DNA from: an uncultured Erysipelotrichaceae bacterium | GTDB taxonomy: Bacteria > Bacillota_I > Bacilli_A > RFN20 > CAG-826 | Assembly: GCA_902777015.1 (NCBI GenBank) | Contig: CACYSA010000013.1 | Location: 229-64,228, forward strand | Length of the DNA stretch: 64,000 bases | Reading direction: 5' to 3' | Shown here: positions 35,431 through 45,502 of the stretch, in pieces | Layout: each line of letters begins with the position of its first letter | How positions within the stretch are numbered: position 1 is the stretch's first letter | Notes under the pieces: generated by a model | What the model was told of the DNA's origin: nothing | What the model saw: only the letters and a program-made list of their open reading frames with translations | The model's database searches: none | Made by a program: the position numbers and the translations under genes

Positions 35431-37403
35431 TTATTTATCCTCCTTTGCTTTCTTAGCGGATTTCTTTTCTAAACTTTCCCTTGCTTCTCTCATGATGTCT
35501 TCTTCATGTTGAGCGTGTTCGAGTTCAGTGTGTTTATTAATTTGTTCTCCCAATTCAACCGGGTTAGCAACATTAGAGAAATCTTCTTTATCGTCAATAA
35601 CTTGTTTACCAGCTTTTGCTCTAGCTTTATTAGCCGCTAAAGAAGCTTCAATACGAGTTTTAACGATGGCTGGCATTTCCACTTTTGGTGCTCTTGGATC
35701 TAATAACCAAGTAGCAGCGTAGTGAGTGTCAGAAACCTTGAAGTATGGAGGTTCTTTCTTGAAGTCAATCTTCATCGCATACTTACTACGTAAAGCGAAG
35801 GCATCGCCCTTTGGAGGATAGATAAGGTTTGGTGGAGTACCAGGAATGGCTTCCAATCTTTCTTTACTATCAACATCAGGGATAGATGATAATAACGCCC
35901 ATGTGTAAGGATGTTTTGGATCATAGAAGATTTCTTCTTCTTTACCATATTCAACAATCTTACCAGCATACATAATAGCAACACGATCCGCCATGTTAGC
36001 CACAACACCTAAGTCGTGGGTAATGAAGATACATGTCATATTTCTTTCGGCTTTTAAACGGTTAATTAATTCAAGGATTTGCGCTTGAATGGGTCGGCAG
36101 TTAAGGCAATAGCGATAACGATACGTTGTCTCATACCACCAGAGAATTCAAATGGATATTGTTTGAATCTCTTTTCTGGGAATGGGATACCGACTTCTTC
36201 CATAATCTTTAAAGCTTTGGCCTTGGCTTCAGCTTTAGTGATCTTAATCTTTGCTTGATAATCGGTTTTAGCTTTAACAACTGCTTGTTTAGCTTCTTTA
36301 ATCTTTGGATTATATTCTTTATGTAATTCATCGATTTTGGCTTTTTTAGCACCATCATCTAAAGAAGCATCAGCGTTAATAGCACTAATCTTTTGCGCTA
36401 ATTCATCTTGAACAGCTAGTAAATCAGCATTAGCCTTAGCGGAAGCTTCAGCGTATTCTGCATCGTATTGCTTTTTAACTTCAGCAACTTTAGCGTCAGC
36501 TTCTTTTTTCTTTTCTAAATATTTAGCCTTTGTTTCAGCAATTAATGGTTTATATTTAGCCGCTAATTCTTGACGGCTTGTGGCATTGCTTGTTTTTGCT
36601 TCAGCGATACGACGATCAAAGTCAGCTTTAACTTTAGCTAAAGATTGTTGATTAGAAGAATGATTAGCTTTAGCTTCAGAAATAATTTTAGTTTTTTCAG
36701 CGTTATATCTTTCTCTAGCAGCATTTAATTCATCAAGCATTTGTTTATTCAAATCTAGAGGAATAGCGCCATCTTGCTTAGCTAGTTCTTTGTATTTGTG
36801 TTTAACGGTAACTTTTTCTAGACCATAGTCTTGTTTTAAGGCATAGAGTTTACCACTGGATTCATTTTTCGCGACGTTTTTAATACGTTCTATTTCTTTT
36901 TTCTTTTCGCTCTTTAAGAATTTAACAGTTTCTTTACCTTTGTTAAGTTCGCTGTTATAAGCGGTAATCGCATTCTTATAAGCAACGAATTCAGTAGCAA
37001 TAAGTTCATCTCTCATCTTCTTGAGATGGTTACCATTTAAGAGCATGGCTTCGGTAATTTGTTTACCGATACGCATGATTGGGTTTAATGATGATAATGG
37101 GTCTTGGAAGATCATACCAATCTTACGGCCTCTGATACGATGAAATTCATCTTCAGAAACCTTGGTTAAATCTTCACCTTCATACATGATAGAACCATCA
37201 ACGATACGGCCATTCGCCGCTAAAATACCCATGATGGTTTTACTTGTAACGGATTTACCTGAGCCTGATTCACCAACGATACATAATGTTTCGCCTTTAT
37301 ATAAATCAAAGGAGACACCTCTAACGGCTTGAACATAACCGTGGTCTGTGGAGAAGTTAACACGTAAATCTTTTACTGATAATACGATTTCTTTATTTTC
37401 CAT
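35431..37403 (-). pseudogene. oppD: oppD disrupted by an out-of-frame internal deletion that removes the Walker B/D-loop; it also carries a ~270-aa coiled-coil insertion
   Basis: The N-terminal ORF (36066..37403) ends ...FSGGMRQRIVIAIALTADP-FKRKSLN*. The sequence resumes in another frame at 36090 as IQAQILELINRLKAERNMTCIFITHDLGVV... The expected ~15 residues (KLLIADEPTTALDVT-like) are missing at the 36090/36091 junction. Confidence 0.75.
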
Positions 37404-37404
37404 A

Positions 37405-39543
37405 TTAGTCTTCTCCTTTCAAGCTTGGGTTAATCGCATCTCTTAAACCATTACCAAACAAGTTGAATGAGATCATGATTAAAGCGATAACGACTGATGG
37501 GAATATGAGTAGGTATGGGTTGGTTAATAATTCTTTTTGGTTATCAGAAAGGATAACACCTAAGGAAGACATATTTTGTAAGCCTAAACCTAAATAGGAA
37601 ATTGTCGCTTCTGAGAAGATAACACTTGGAATCATTAACACCGCACCGGTAATAATTGTACCTAAAGCGTTAGGTAAGATGTGTTTAGCAATTAATCTAG
37701 CATCAGATGCACCTAATGTACGTGAGGCTAAAACATATTCACGTCCTCTAAATCTATAGAACTGTGTTCTTGTTCTAGCGGCGGTACCAATCCAACCAGT
37801 AAGACATAACGCTAACGCAAATGTCCAGAATGTACTCTTGAAGTGAAGGATAATCAAAGTCATCACAACAATCCAAGGAATACCAGCGAGGATATCAGTA
37901 AATCTTTCCATCACTAAGTCGACTGTGCCACCGAAGTAACCACAGATAGAACCCCAGAGTAAGCCGAATGTAAAACAGACAGCGAATGTAAGGAAGCCAA
38001 GTAATAATGATGTTCTTAAACCTTCAAAGACATATTTGAACATATCTTTACCGGATTTATCTGTACCCATGAGATATGATGGGACACTTGTGTAACCCAT
38101 GTATTTATAGTTAATGACGGTCATCTTAACACCGAGTGTACCTGGAACGTCATAACCATAGAAATCGTCAATGGTTAATGGTTTAGCAAGTGGGCAGTTA
38201 ACTGGATCTAAGATTTCACATGTAAAGTTAAATTCATCAATCCAATAACCCATGTCATCTTTCCAAATGGTATCCCAACCATCTTTATCTTTGAAAGAGA
38301 CCCAGCCTTTTTCTTGATATGTTAATAAGTCACTAACGTATTCACCATCAATAACTCTTAAACCGAAAACGGCTTCATATGTGTCATAAACGAATGAGCA
38401 GAAGTGAGCTTTGGATAAGTAGATTCTTCTGACACCAGTACTGCTCCAATATTCATAACCATTGTTAATTGATTTAGCAACAGCACTTGTCGCATCGTTG
38501 AAAGACATATTATCGAAGATGGCTTGAGTTGTTTCATTTGTGGAACCAGTTTCAAAAGCAATGCTTCTAATTAATGCACAGACGTTATTGCCGTTATGTT
38601 TGGCAATCATTCTGACAGCAAAGCGTGCATCTTCAAATACTGTTTTACCTGTTTCATCTTTAACGATTTTAGCGATATCGAGTTTGTCTTCTTTTAATGA
38701 AGCAACACTACTACCGATATTATGCTTAACAGCGTAATCCACTAATTTGACTTCTTTTTCTTCTTTTTCGTTTGTTTCTGTGTTGAGTTCGGAATAGATG
38801 AAATAGAAAGCAGATTCACCAATCTCATAGTTATCAGGAGCGGTTAAGTCTTTCTTTTCTTCCATCAAATTGATTTTTTCAACATCGTATGTATCAAATG
38901 ATGTGAGATATAAGTTCTCATTTAAATCTAAAGAAGCAATGGCTTTAGAAGAGAATTCAACATTGTCACCTTGTGCACGATCTTCATAGTAACCGAATTG
39001 GACATAGCCTTCTTTACCGAAAGAACCGAGTGTAGAAATATCATTGCTGTATTTTTCTTCGGTGAATTTCTTTTTGCTGATAGCACTTCTTTGTGGGAAT
39101 TTGTCACTTGATGGCCACCAGTATTCTTGTTTTTCTTCTTCTGTTTTAGCGTCTGGTTTACCACTGATATCAACAGCGATGTTGGTGTATTTTGTGGTGC
39201 CATCCCAGAAGCCTGTTCCCGCTTTGAATAATTTTGGAGCGAGGAATGTTTCGTGTGGCTTTGGATGTTTGGTATCGCTCTTATTGAAAGCAGGTACCGC
39301 GAATGAAAGAATCAATAATGCGCCTAAGATATAAGCGGCCACAACGGAAGATTTATTTTTACTAAATCTCTTAAGTGAGTCTTTCAAGAATGTTGTTGGT
39401 TTTGTTTGGAACTTTTGTTCGTGAACTGTGGAATCCACTTGTGTTAACACGAAGTCGTCTTTAGTGATTGGTTCATCATCGACCACTTCATTGACATTAT
39501 TAGAGGATTCGTCTAATAGTTCGAAATCTTTTTCTTCTAACAT
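37405..39543 (-). CDS. oppC: Oligopeptide ABC permease OppC with a ~400-aa extracytoplasmic insertion
   Basis: ATG 39543 forms TAAtATG with the oppB stop; the track start 39600 lies inside oppB. TM1, then a large hydrophilic domain, then the GTDKSGKDMF motif and the BPD-type permease core. Confidence 0.85.
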   Translation of the reverse strand: MLEEKDFELLDESSNNVNEVVDDEPITKDDFVLTQVDSTVHEQKFQTKPTTFLKDSLKRFSKNKSSVVAAYILGALLILSFAVPAFNKSDTKHPKPHETFLAPKLFKAGTGFWDGTTKYTNIAVDISGKPDAKTEEEKQEYWWPSSDKFPQRSAISKKKFTEEKYSNDISTLGSFGKEGYVQFGYYEDRAQGDNVEFSSKAIASLDLNENLYLTSFDTYDVEKINLMEEKKDLTAPDNYEIGESAFYFIYSELNTETNEKEEKEVKLVDYAVKHNIGSSVASLKEDKLDIAKIVKDETGKTVFEDARFAVRMIAKHNGNNVCALIRSIAFETGSTNETTQAIFDNMSFNDATSAVAKSINNGYEYWSSTGVRRIYLSKAHFCSFVYDTYEAVFGLRVIDGEYVSDLLTYQEKGWVSFKDKDGWDTIWKDDMGYWIDEFNFTCEILDPVNCPLAKPLTIDDFYGYDVPGTLGVKMTVINYKYMGYTSVPSYLMGTDKSGKDMFKYVFEGLRTSLLLGFLTFAVCFTFGLLWGSICGYFGGTVDLVMERFTDILAGIPWIVVMTLIILHFKSTFWTFALALCLTGWIGTAARTRTQFYRFRGREYVLASRTLGASDARLIAKHILPNALGTIITGAVLMIPSVIFSEATISYLGLGLQNMSSLGVILSDNQKELLTNPYLLIFPSVVIALIMISFNLFGNGLRDAINPSLKGED

Positions 39544-39544
39544 A

Positions 39545-40606
39545 TTATTTCTTTTCCCCCATTCTGATTCTTGGATCGATGAATCCATATGATAAGTCAA
39601 GGATGATACCGGCTAATAAACCAACTGTGGTGAAGATAGCCATATCAACCATTAAGACGTTGTAGTCTTTTGCGTTTAATGCTTGGATGTATAAATTACC
39701 AATACCTGGAATGCCATATAAGCTTTCTAAGATCATTGAGCCACCAAAGATACCGATAAATTCCGCTAAGATGGATGGTAAGATTGGGACGAATGCGTTT
39801 CTTAAGGCGTGTCTCACAATGGCTTGGTTTTTGGTTAAACCTTTTGTTCTTGCTAATAATAAATATTCACTAGACATAACTTCGCAAAGTTCGGCTCTGA
39901 CGAATCTGGTGTAACCGCAGATAGAACCAAATGACAAAGACATGACTGGAATAATAAAGGCAAGAATCTTTGTTCTAAGTGATTGGTCAGGTGTTGGCCA
40001 CATTGTTGGTAGCCAGCCACTCTTGAATGCTAATAAGTAAATGAGGAAGGAAATAACAACGAATGATGGGATAGAGATAAAGACCATGACTAATGTGGAG
40101 ATTGTATGGTCAACCCATGTATTTTTCTTTAAGCCTGCTAAGATACCTAAGGCAATACCTAATGGCACGGAAATAACAACGGAAACAATATTAACAGACA
40201 TGGAAGCTGGTAAACGTTGAAGGATGATTAACATCGCAGAAGCGTTTGGTTCGATAACTGTGGATGTACCCCAGTCCCATCTAGTGACAATATTGCCTAA
40301 CCATGAGAAATATTGCTCAACGATTGGCTTAGTGTAGAAATAATAATAATCGGTACCGATTTTAACTTGGTCTAGAGGTGTGACTTCTGGAATGAATCCG
40401 GTCGTCTCAACTTCCACTGCCGTCTTAGTGAAATAAGTGACATAACCCAAATCGTACTGATTCATGTAGAAAGCATATCTAACGTTTTCATCTGGAGAAA
40501 TAACTCTTGTTTGAGGCAAGGATTTCACCAAGAAGAATGTCAACGTTAAGATAATAAACGCAGTTATAAGCGCTAAGATTACTCTTTTTAATGAATACTT
40601 TAACAT
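39545..40606 (-). CDS. oppB: Oligopeptide ABC permease OppB
   Basis: 353 aa. MLKYSLKRVILALITAF N-terminus and the LLARTKGL EAA-loop region. SD AAGGAG. Confidence 0.85.
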   Translation of the reverse strand: MLKYSLKRVILALITAFIILTLTFFLVKSLPQTRVISPDENVRYAFYMNQYDLGYVTYFTKTAVEVETTGFIPEVTPLDQVKIGTDYYYFYTKPIVEQYFSWLGNIVTRWDWGTSTVIEPNASAMLIILQRLPASMSVNIVSVVISVPLGIALGILAGLKKNTWVDHTISTLVMVFISIPSFVVISFLIYLLAFKSGWLPTMWPTPDQSLRTKILAFIIPVMSLSFGSICGYTRFVRAELCEVMSSEYLLLARTKGLTKNQAIVRHALRNAFVPILPSILAEFIGIFGGSMILESLYGIPGIGNLYIQALNAKDYNVLMVDMAIFTTVGLLAGIILDLSYGFIDPRIRMGEKK

Positions 40607-40751
40607 TGCTTTCTCCTTTCCCGCATTTAACTATATAAATGCTGTTAAACTATACCACAATACGGACCATTCTTCAAGAATGGTATTGTTTAAAAGGCCC
40701 GGTGGGCTATTTTTTCTAACAATTTTAATAAAATATCTCGATGAACGCAAG

Positions 40752-40788
40752 AAAAAAAGCGACGCTTTGGCAGCATCGCTTGTTTTTT
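40752..40788 (-). terminator. Rho-independent terminator/attenuator between the lipoprotein genes and oppB
   Basis: Minus strand reads AGCGAUGC-UGCCAAA-GCGUCGCU (one G-U pair) followed by a T7 run. Located in the 200-nt gap upstream of oppB. Confidence 0.6.
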
Positions 40789-40806
40789 GATTGATTTGTC
40801 AACTAA

Positions 40807-42381
40807 TTAGATAGCGAATAAGTAGTCAACTAAAGTGTATTCACTCTTATCTGGAAGTGTGATGTAAGTATCTCTATTTTCATCAGTAATTCTTTCATAA
40901 GTGTGATCAATGAAGTATGTTTTTTGATACACGTCTCCACCGAATTCATAGTTCTGAACGAGTTCAATACTGAAGTTAACTAATTTACCATCTCTAATGG
41001 TGTACATCATTTTTTGAGTGGCTGGCATTGGTGTGCCAAATGGAATACCACTATTAGATTCATCATCTTGATCAGCTTTTTCATCGTTGAAAATGATTGT
41101 TGCGTCAAGGAAGAAATCTTTTTCTGATGGATTGCCTTGTTCGTCTAAAAGCATACCGGCTTGGTTTCTTTCAACGTTAGAGTAATTGGCAGTAATTAAT
41201 TCTAATGAATCGGCTGTGATACGAGCGTCTTCAAGGCTATCTGTGAAGATATCTCTACCAATAGTGAACATGTTATCAAGAATGTCGAGTAATGGCGCCA
41301 CTCTGTTATTCACTGTTGGATCTTCTGGCATGTAGTCAACTGTGGAAACTGGGAAGTAGTTTTTCACATCACCTTTTGTATGGAATACGTAAGTATCATA
41401 GTATTGGTTGGTGTTGAAAATCCATTCCATATCGACGAATGACATAGCACCGTCTTCAGTCTTTGTATCACCATCAGTTTCAATGATGCGGAAGTAAGCT
41501 TCGTCTTCACTAGCAACCATTGTTTCATCCCAAACATGGTAGAGTTGACGTTTGCCATTTTTATAAGTAGCCATTTCACGTAATTCGTGGTCAACGATTT
41601 CAGTTAATCCAGAATCATCGATTTGGCCAATCTTAGTAGCAAGATCGTTGATTTGATCTTGGTCATTTCTGATTGGGTCAATCTTGTAGTCGTTTGTTGT
41701 CTTACCATAAGCAGGATCGCCTTCAACAGCAGCGTCAATTTCTGCTTGTGTATAGTAGACACCTGGGGTTTCAGGAACAAGACCGTTATAGACATCAACA
41801 ACAACGTTTCTCTTCACATCTGGGTGAGCTTTATCACTCACTTCGATGACGGTTTGGCCAGCTTTTAAACCCTTAACGTTACCGTTAGCGTCGACACTAG
41901 CGACTGTTTCATCGAGTGATTTGAATGATAAATTATCCGCTGGTTGAAGAAGTCTAGCGAGACCTCTGATTTGTTTTGTGCTGTATTGGCTATTGTTACC
42001 ATTGTCGACTACAAGAGCTAAGTTTCTGTAGTTCAAAAGTAAGTAATCAGAATAGTCTTTATCAGCTGGATAGCTTTCTTCTGCTTCAACATCAGGAATG
42101 ATGATGTCAGTAGTCACTGGCTCTGGAGTTGAGCTAGAAGAAGGTGCTTGTGAGCTCGATGGAGCTTGTGAACTTGATGGAGCTTGAGAACTGGATGATG
42201 GAGCTGCTGAACTTGATGGAGCTTGTGAACTTGGAGCAGCAGAGCTTGGTTCAGAAGATGGAACAACTGAACTAACTGGTGCTGGTTCAGAAGAAGGTTC
42301 AGCAGATGATGTTTTTGTGTGACAAGCGGCTAAACTTGCGACAGCCGCAATAGAAAGGAGTAAAAGTACTTTCTTTTTCAT
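40807..42381 (-). CDS. Lipoprotein with a Ser/Pro stalk and a Big_2-like Ig domain, function unknown
   Basis: 524 aa. Lipobox LAAC. A (SSQAP)n stalk. FKSLDETVASVDANGNVKGLKAGQTVIEVSD resembles the bacterial Ig-like group 2 domain. SD AGGAGG. Confidence 0.65.
   Translation of the reverse strand: MKKKVLLLLSIAAVASLAACHTKTSSAEPSSEPAPVSSVVPSSEPSSAAPSSQAPSSSAAPSSSSQAPSSSQAPSSSQAPSSSSTPEPVTTDIIIPDVEAEESYPADKDYSDYLLLNYRNLALVVDNGNNSQYSTKQIRGLARLLQPADNLSFKSLDETVASVDANGNVKGLKAGQTVIEVSDKAHPDVKRNVVVDVYNGLVPETPGVYYTQAEIDAAVEGDPAYGKTTNDYKIDPIRNDQDQINDLATKIGQIDDSGLTEIVDHELREMATYKNGKRQLYHVWDETMVASEDEAYFRIIETDGDTKTEDGAMSFVDMEWIFNTNQYYDTYVFHTKGDVKNYFPVSTVDYMPEDPTVNNRVAPLLDILDNMFTIGRDIFTDSLEDARITADSLELITANYSNVERNQAGMLLDEQGNPSEKDFFLDATIIFNDEKADQDDESNSGIPFGTPMPATQKMMYTIRDGKLVNFSIELVQNYEFGGDVYQKTYFIDHTYERITDENRDTYITLPDKSEYTLVDYLFAI
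42118..42312 (-). repeat. Ser/Pro/Ala/Gln low-complexity tandem repeat (stalk)
   Basis: SSAAPSSQAPSSSAAPSSSSQAPSSSQAPSSSQAPSSSS. The DNA shows reiterated gagcttgtgaacttgatg-type units. Confidence 0.8.
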
Positions 42382-42394
42382 CTTAATCTACCTC

Positions 42395-45300
42395 CTAGTT
42401 ATCAATCCAAGCATCTCTGTTCTTCGCGGAAGTAACGAAGTTTTCTGATGGAGCGCCCCAATCGCCTGTAGCACCGTCTTTAATACTTAAGTTGTAATAA
42501 ACTTCAATATTCCAGTACTTGCCATAGTTATCGACTTTGAATGGGTCTCTAATCCAATCAGTTTCTGGCTTCTTATCATCCATCAATTTGAAGACTCTGA
42601 TAATTTCGTCTCTGATTTCGTTAGCGACTTGTTTGCTCATCACAATCTTATAACCATATGTGGCATCTGGGACGAATTCGAGATCGTAGTTACCACTACC
42701 GAAGATGTAGATAGAAATACGTGTGACATCAAATTTCACTGTATTGTTAGCATCTTTGAAGAAGTCTGTTGTGACATAGAATGTCGCACCATCATTGAAA
42801 TCATTTTGAGTATAGGTCATGTATGATTTCTTAACGGATTTGATGTTTTGACCATTGTCAACAACACCGCCGTGGTCAGCGACAGCCCATAAAGCATCAA
42901 ATGACCAGATCTTGTCATCATAGACTAATGGTTTCTTTGCGTTAACTTTAGAAGTATCACTACCCCAGTTAAGTGTGAAGCCAGAGGAGTTATCACTCTT
43001 TAAGACTTCTAAGAAGTTTAATGGGTTGTATGTATTACCACTAATAGCACCAAAGCCTAAGTCGAATTGACCTTTCATAAGGTATTCGTTATAAACTTGT
43101 TGCCAGTCAGTAACTGCATCTTGTTCAACTTCAAGTTTAACTGCACCATTACAGACTCTATCATCATTGAATGCGCTTTCGAAGTAACCTTTGATTTCTT
43201 CGCCGTATTCTTTGACGTCAGTTTGATACATCCACTTGATGTGAATTGTAATAATTGTTGGTTTGGATTTGGTACCTTTAATGAGTTTACCTTCTTTAAC
43301 TAATTCTTTGACAGCGTTAGAGAAGCATAAGATAGCTTTATCTTTGGAATAACCGAATAAGGAGTTACCTTCACTATCTTTAACTTCATAGGCGTGGACA
43401 GCGGCCTTGTGGGCATCACTATCGTTATATGATTTACCATTTTCTGGATCATTTAAGTATGAGTCAGCGAAGTAGTTAATGGATGGGTTAACACCACGGT
43501 TACCAGCGAATGTCTTTCTATCGATGGAGTAGAATAAACCGTTTAAGAAGTTATCGTTACTCATCCATGGTTTGACATCCCAGTTAGAGTTCTTATTGAT
43601 CTTACCGTTAGGACCAAATAATTCATCCCACATTTCTTGTGTACAAGAGTTGACGTTTAATTTGAATGTGGAGTCACCTCTGGTCTTATAAACACGTGGT
43701 TTACCTGTTTCTTCAGAAATGTGCTTGGTTGGAATACCACAACTATCAAGCATACCAGCGTTAAATTGTTTATAAATGGCATCAGCGTCGCTAGAAGCAT
43801 CGATGACGATTAATTTAACACCAGCAATTTTATATCTGCCTGGTTCGTTCCAATTGTCGTTCTTTTTGAAAACGATTGTTTTATTCTTTTGCCATTCTTC
43901 TAACATGTATGGGCCAACAGATAATGTGTAGTCAACAATTTTGTCTCTGTGAGCTGCGGAAACAGCAGTGTTGTTGTTGAATGTACCATACCTTTGAGCA
44001 CCATCTTTTAAGGAACCTTCACCAATGGTTCTGATGAAATCTTCACTCATTGGGGAGAGTAAGTTAGAAGAGAATGTGTACATCGCGGTGAATCTATCGA
44101 TAGCGTTTAAGATTGTTAATTCGAGATAATCACCGTTTGTGTTATCATGACCAGTTTTGACACCTAAGCTGCCTTCACTTGTCATCTTATTCCATAAGTT
44201 CTTTGCATCTTCATCAGATAATTCTTTAGATCTGGTGTTGAATGAAAGAGCGCCTTTGATACCATATGTTTGGTCAGCGGCCATTTCGGTACCACGTTTT
44301 AAGTTGTGGGAACCTGTGAGGAGTAAACGATAAGCGAATGCATAGTCATCAATTGTGACTAGAGTATTATCGAAATCTTTACCCCATGATGTACCGTTAT
44401 AGCGATATTTGATACCACCATCGGCACCGGTTTTAACATAGATTCTCCATGTTTTGTATAAGCCTAATGGGTTTGGATTTTCACCTGGTTTGACTTCATT
44501 ACCATTGAAAACTGGAATTGGTCTGGTGAAATCTTGAGAAACACCATTATATGTGACTTTATCTTTAGCGAGAACTGGATACCAGACGTATTGGTCTTTA
44601 GTAGCGTTCATCTTTGTGCCCCAGAAGGAAGCAGTAATGTAACCTTCTAAGTCAGAAACTTGGCTACCTGTATCGTTTCTAGCATTGATGGTCTTTGGAT
44701 CGCTTGAAGAAGCGCTGTGGAGGTATCTCTTGTAATTTGGATTTTCTTCTGTTGCTAAATCCGCATCAACTGTACCTTCACTTAATAAACCAAAGCCATA
44801 ACCAGTAATGTAGTTAGTGGTTGGTAAAGTAACGCGTTCACTATATTTAACGAAACCACCATTTTCGAAAAGGGTGATACCTGTTAAATGGTTATCCATG
44901 GCGTACTTTTCTAAGTTACCAAGGATTTCTGTTCTCTTTGTAACAGCTTCAGAACCCGCTAAAGAAGCGTAGTTATAACCGCCAGAAGCTAAGACAGCAT
45001 CGGTAATGGTTAAATCTAAGTATCTTTGGAGTCTGGAAGTGGATTCTCTAACAGTAATTCTCACAGAACCTTTGCTAACAGCGGTTACGACACCGTTTTC
45101 AACGGTAGCAACGGCTGGAGCGTTGGAGATGTAAGAATAAACTCTAGCGGTACCATTGTTGTTTTGTTCAGTAATTTCAATGACGTCTGTTTGACCTTTG
45201 TTAAGGGAAACAGCACCGCTTTGTAAAGCAACACTGAAACTGAATTGAGCAGATGGAGTAGAGGATGTTGTTGGAGTCACACTACTTTGGCCACCAGGTT

Positions 45301-45499
45301 GGCTAGAAGCTGGAGCTTGTGAGCTGGTTGGTGGAACACTTGCGCCACCATCACTAGATGGACCAGGAACAAGTGAAGATTGACTTGTTGGAGGAACACT
45401 AGCTGGAGTGGATTCTTTTGGTTTGTTATCGCAGCCGACTAAAGCACCGACTGTCATTAAACCAGTAACAACTAAAATCGCAGGAAATTTCTTTTTCAT
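42395..45499 (-). CDS. OppA-like substrate-binding lipoprotein (SBP family 5-like) with an N-terminal Big_2-like domain
   Basis: 1034 aa. Lipobox LVGC, a Ser/Pro stalk and an Ig-like segment (VATVENGVVTAVSKGSVRITV). The large central region has SBP-5-like blocks (YKIAGVKLIVIDASSDADAIYKQFNAGMLD). It sits directly upstream of the opp genes. The size is typical of Mollicute OppA proteins. Confidence 0.6.
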   Translation of the reverse strand: MKKKFPAILVVTGLMTVGALVGCDNKPKESTPASVPPTSQSSLVPGPSSDGGASVPPTSSQAPASSQPGGQSSVTPTTSSTPSAQFSFSVALQSGAVSLNKGQTDVIEITEQNNNGTARVYSYISNAPAVATVENGVVTAVSKGSVRITVRESTSRLQRYLDLTITDAVLASGGYNYASLAGSEAVTKRTEILGNLEKYAMDNHLTGITLFENGGFVKYSERVTLPTTNYITGYGFGLLSEGTVDADLATEENPNYKRYLHSASSSDPKTINARNDTGSQVSDLEGYITASFWGTKMNATKDQYVWYPVLAKDKVTYNGVSQDFTRPIPVFNGNEVKPGENPNPLGLYKTWRIYVKTGADGGIKYRYNGTSWGKDFDNTLVTIDDYAFAYRLLLTGSHNLKRGTEMAADQTYGIKGALSFNTRSKELSDEDAKNLWNKMTSEGSLGVKTGHDNTNGDYLELTILNAIDRFTAMYTFSSNLLSPMSEDFIRTIGEGSLKDGAQRYGTFNNNTAVSAAHRDKIVDYTLSVGPYMLEEWQKNKTIVFKKNDNWNEPGRYKIAGVKLIVIDASSDADAIYKQFNAGMLDSCGIPTKHISEETGKPRVYKTRGDSTFKLNVNSCTQEMWDELFGPNGKINKNSNWDVKPWMSNDNFLNGLFYSIDRKTFAGNRGVNPSINYFADSYLNDPENGKSYNDSDAHKAAVHAYEVKDSEGNSLFGYSKDKAILCFSNAVKELVKEGKLIKGTKSKPTIITIHIKWMYQTDVKEYGEEIKGYFESAFNDDRVCNGAVKLEVEQDAVTDWQQVYNEYLMKGQFDLGFGAISGNTYNPLNFLEVLKSDNSSGFTLNWGSDTSKVNAKKPLVYDDKIWSFDALWAVADHGGVVDNGQNIKSVKKSYMTYTQNDFNDGATFYVTTDFFKDANNTVKFDVTRISIYIFGSGNYDLEFVPDATYGYKIVMSKQVANEIRDEIIRVFKLMDDKKPETDWIRDPFKVDNYGKYWNIEVYYNLSIKDGATGDWGAPSENFVTSAKNRDAWIDN

Positions 45500-45502
45500 A
45501 TA

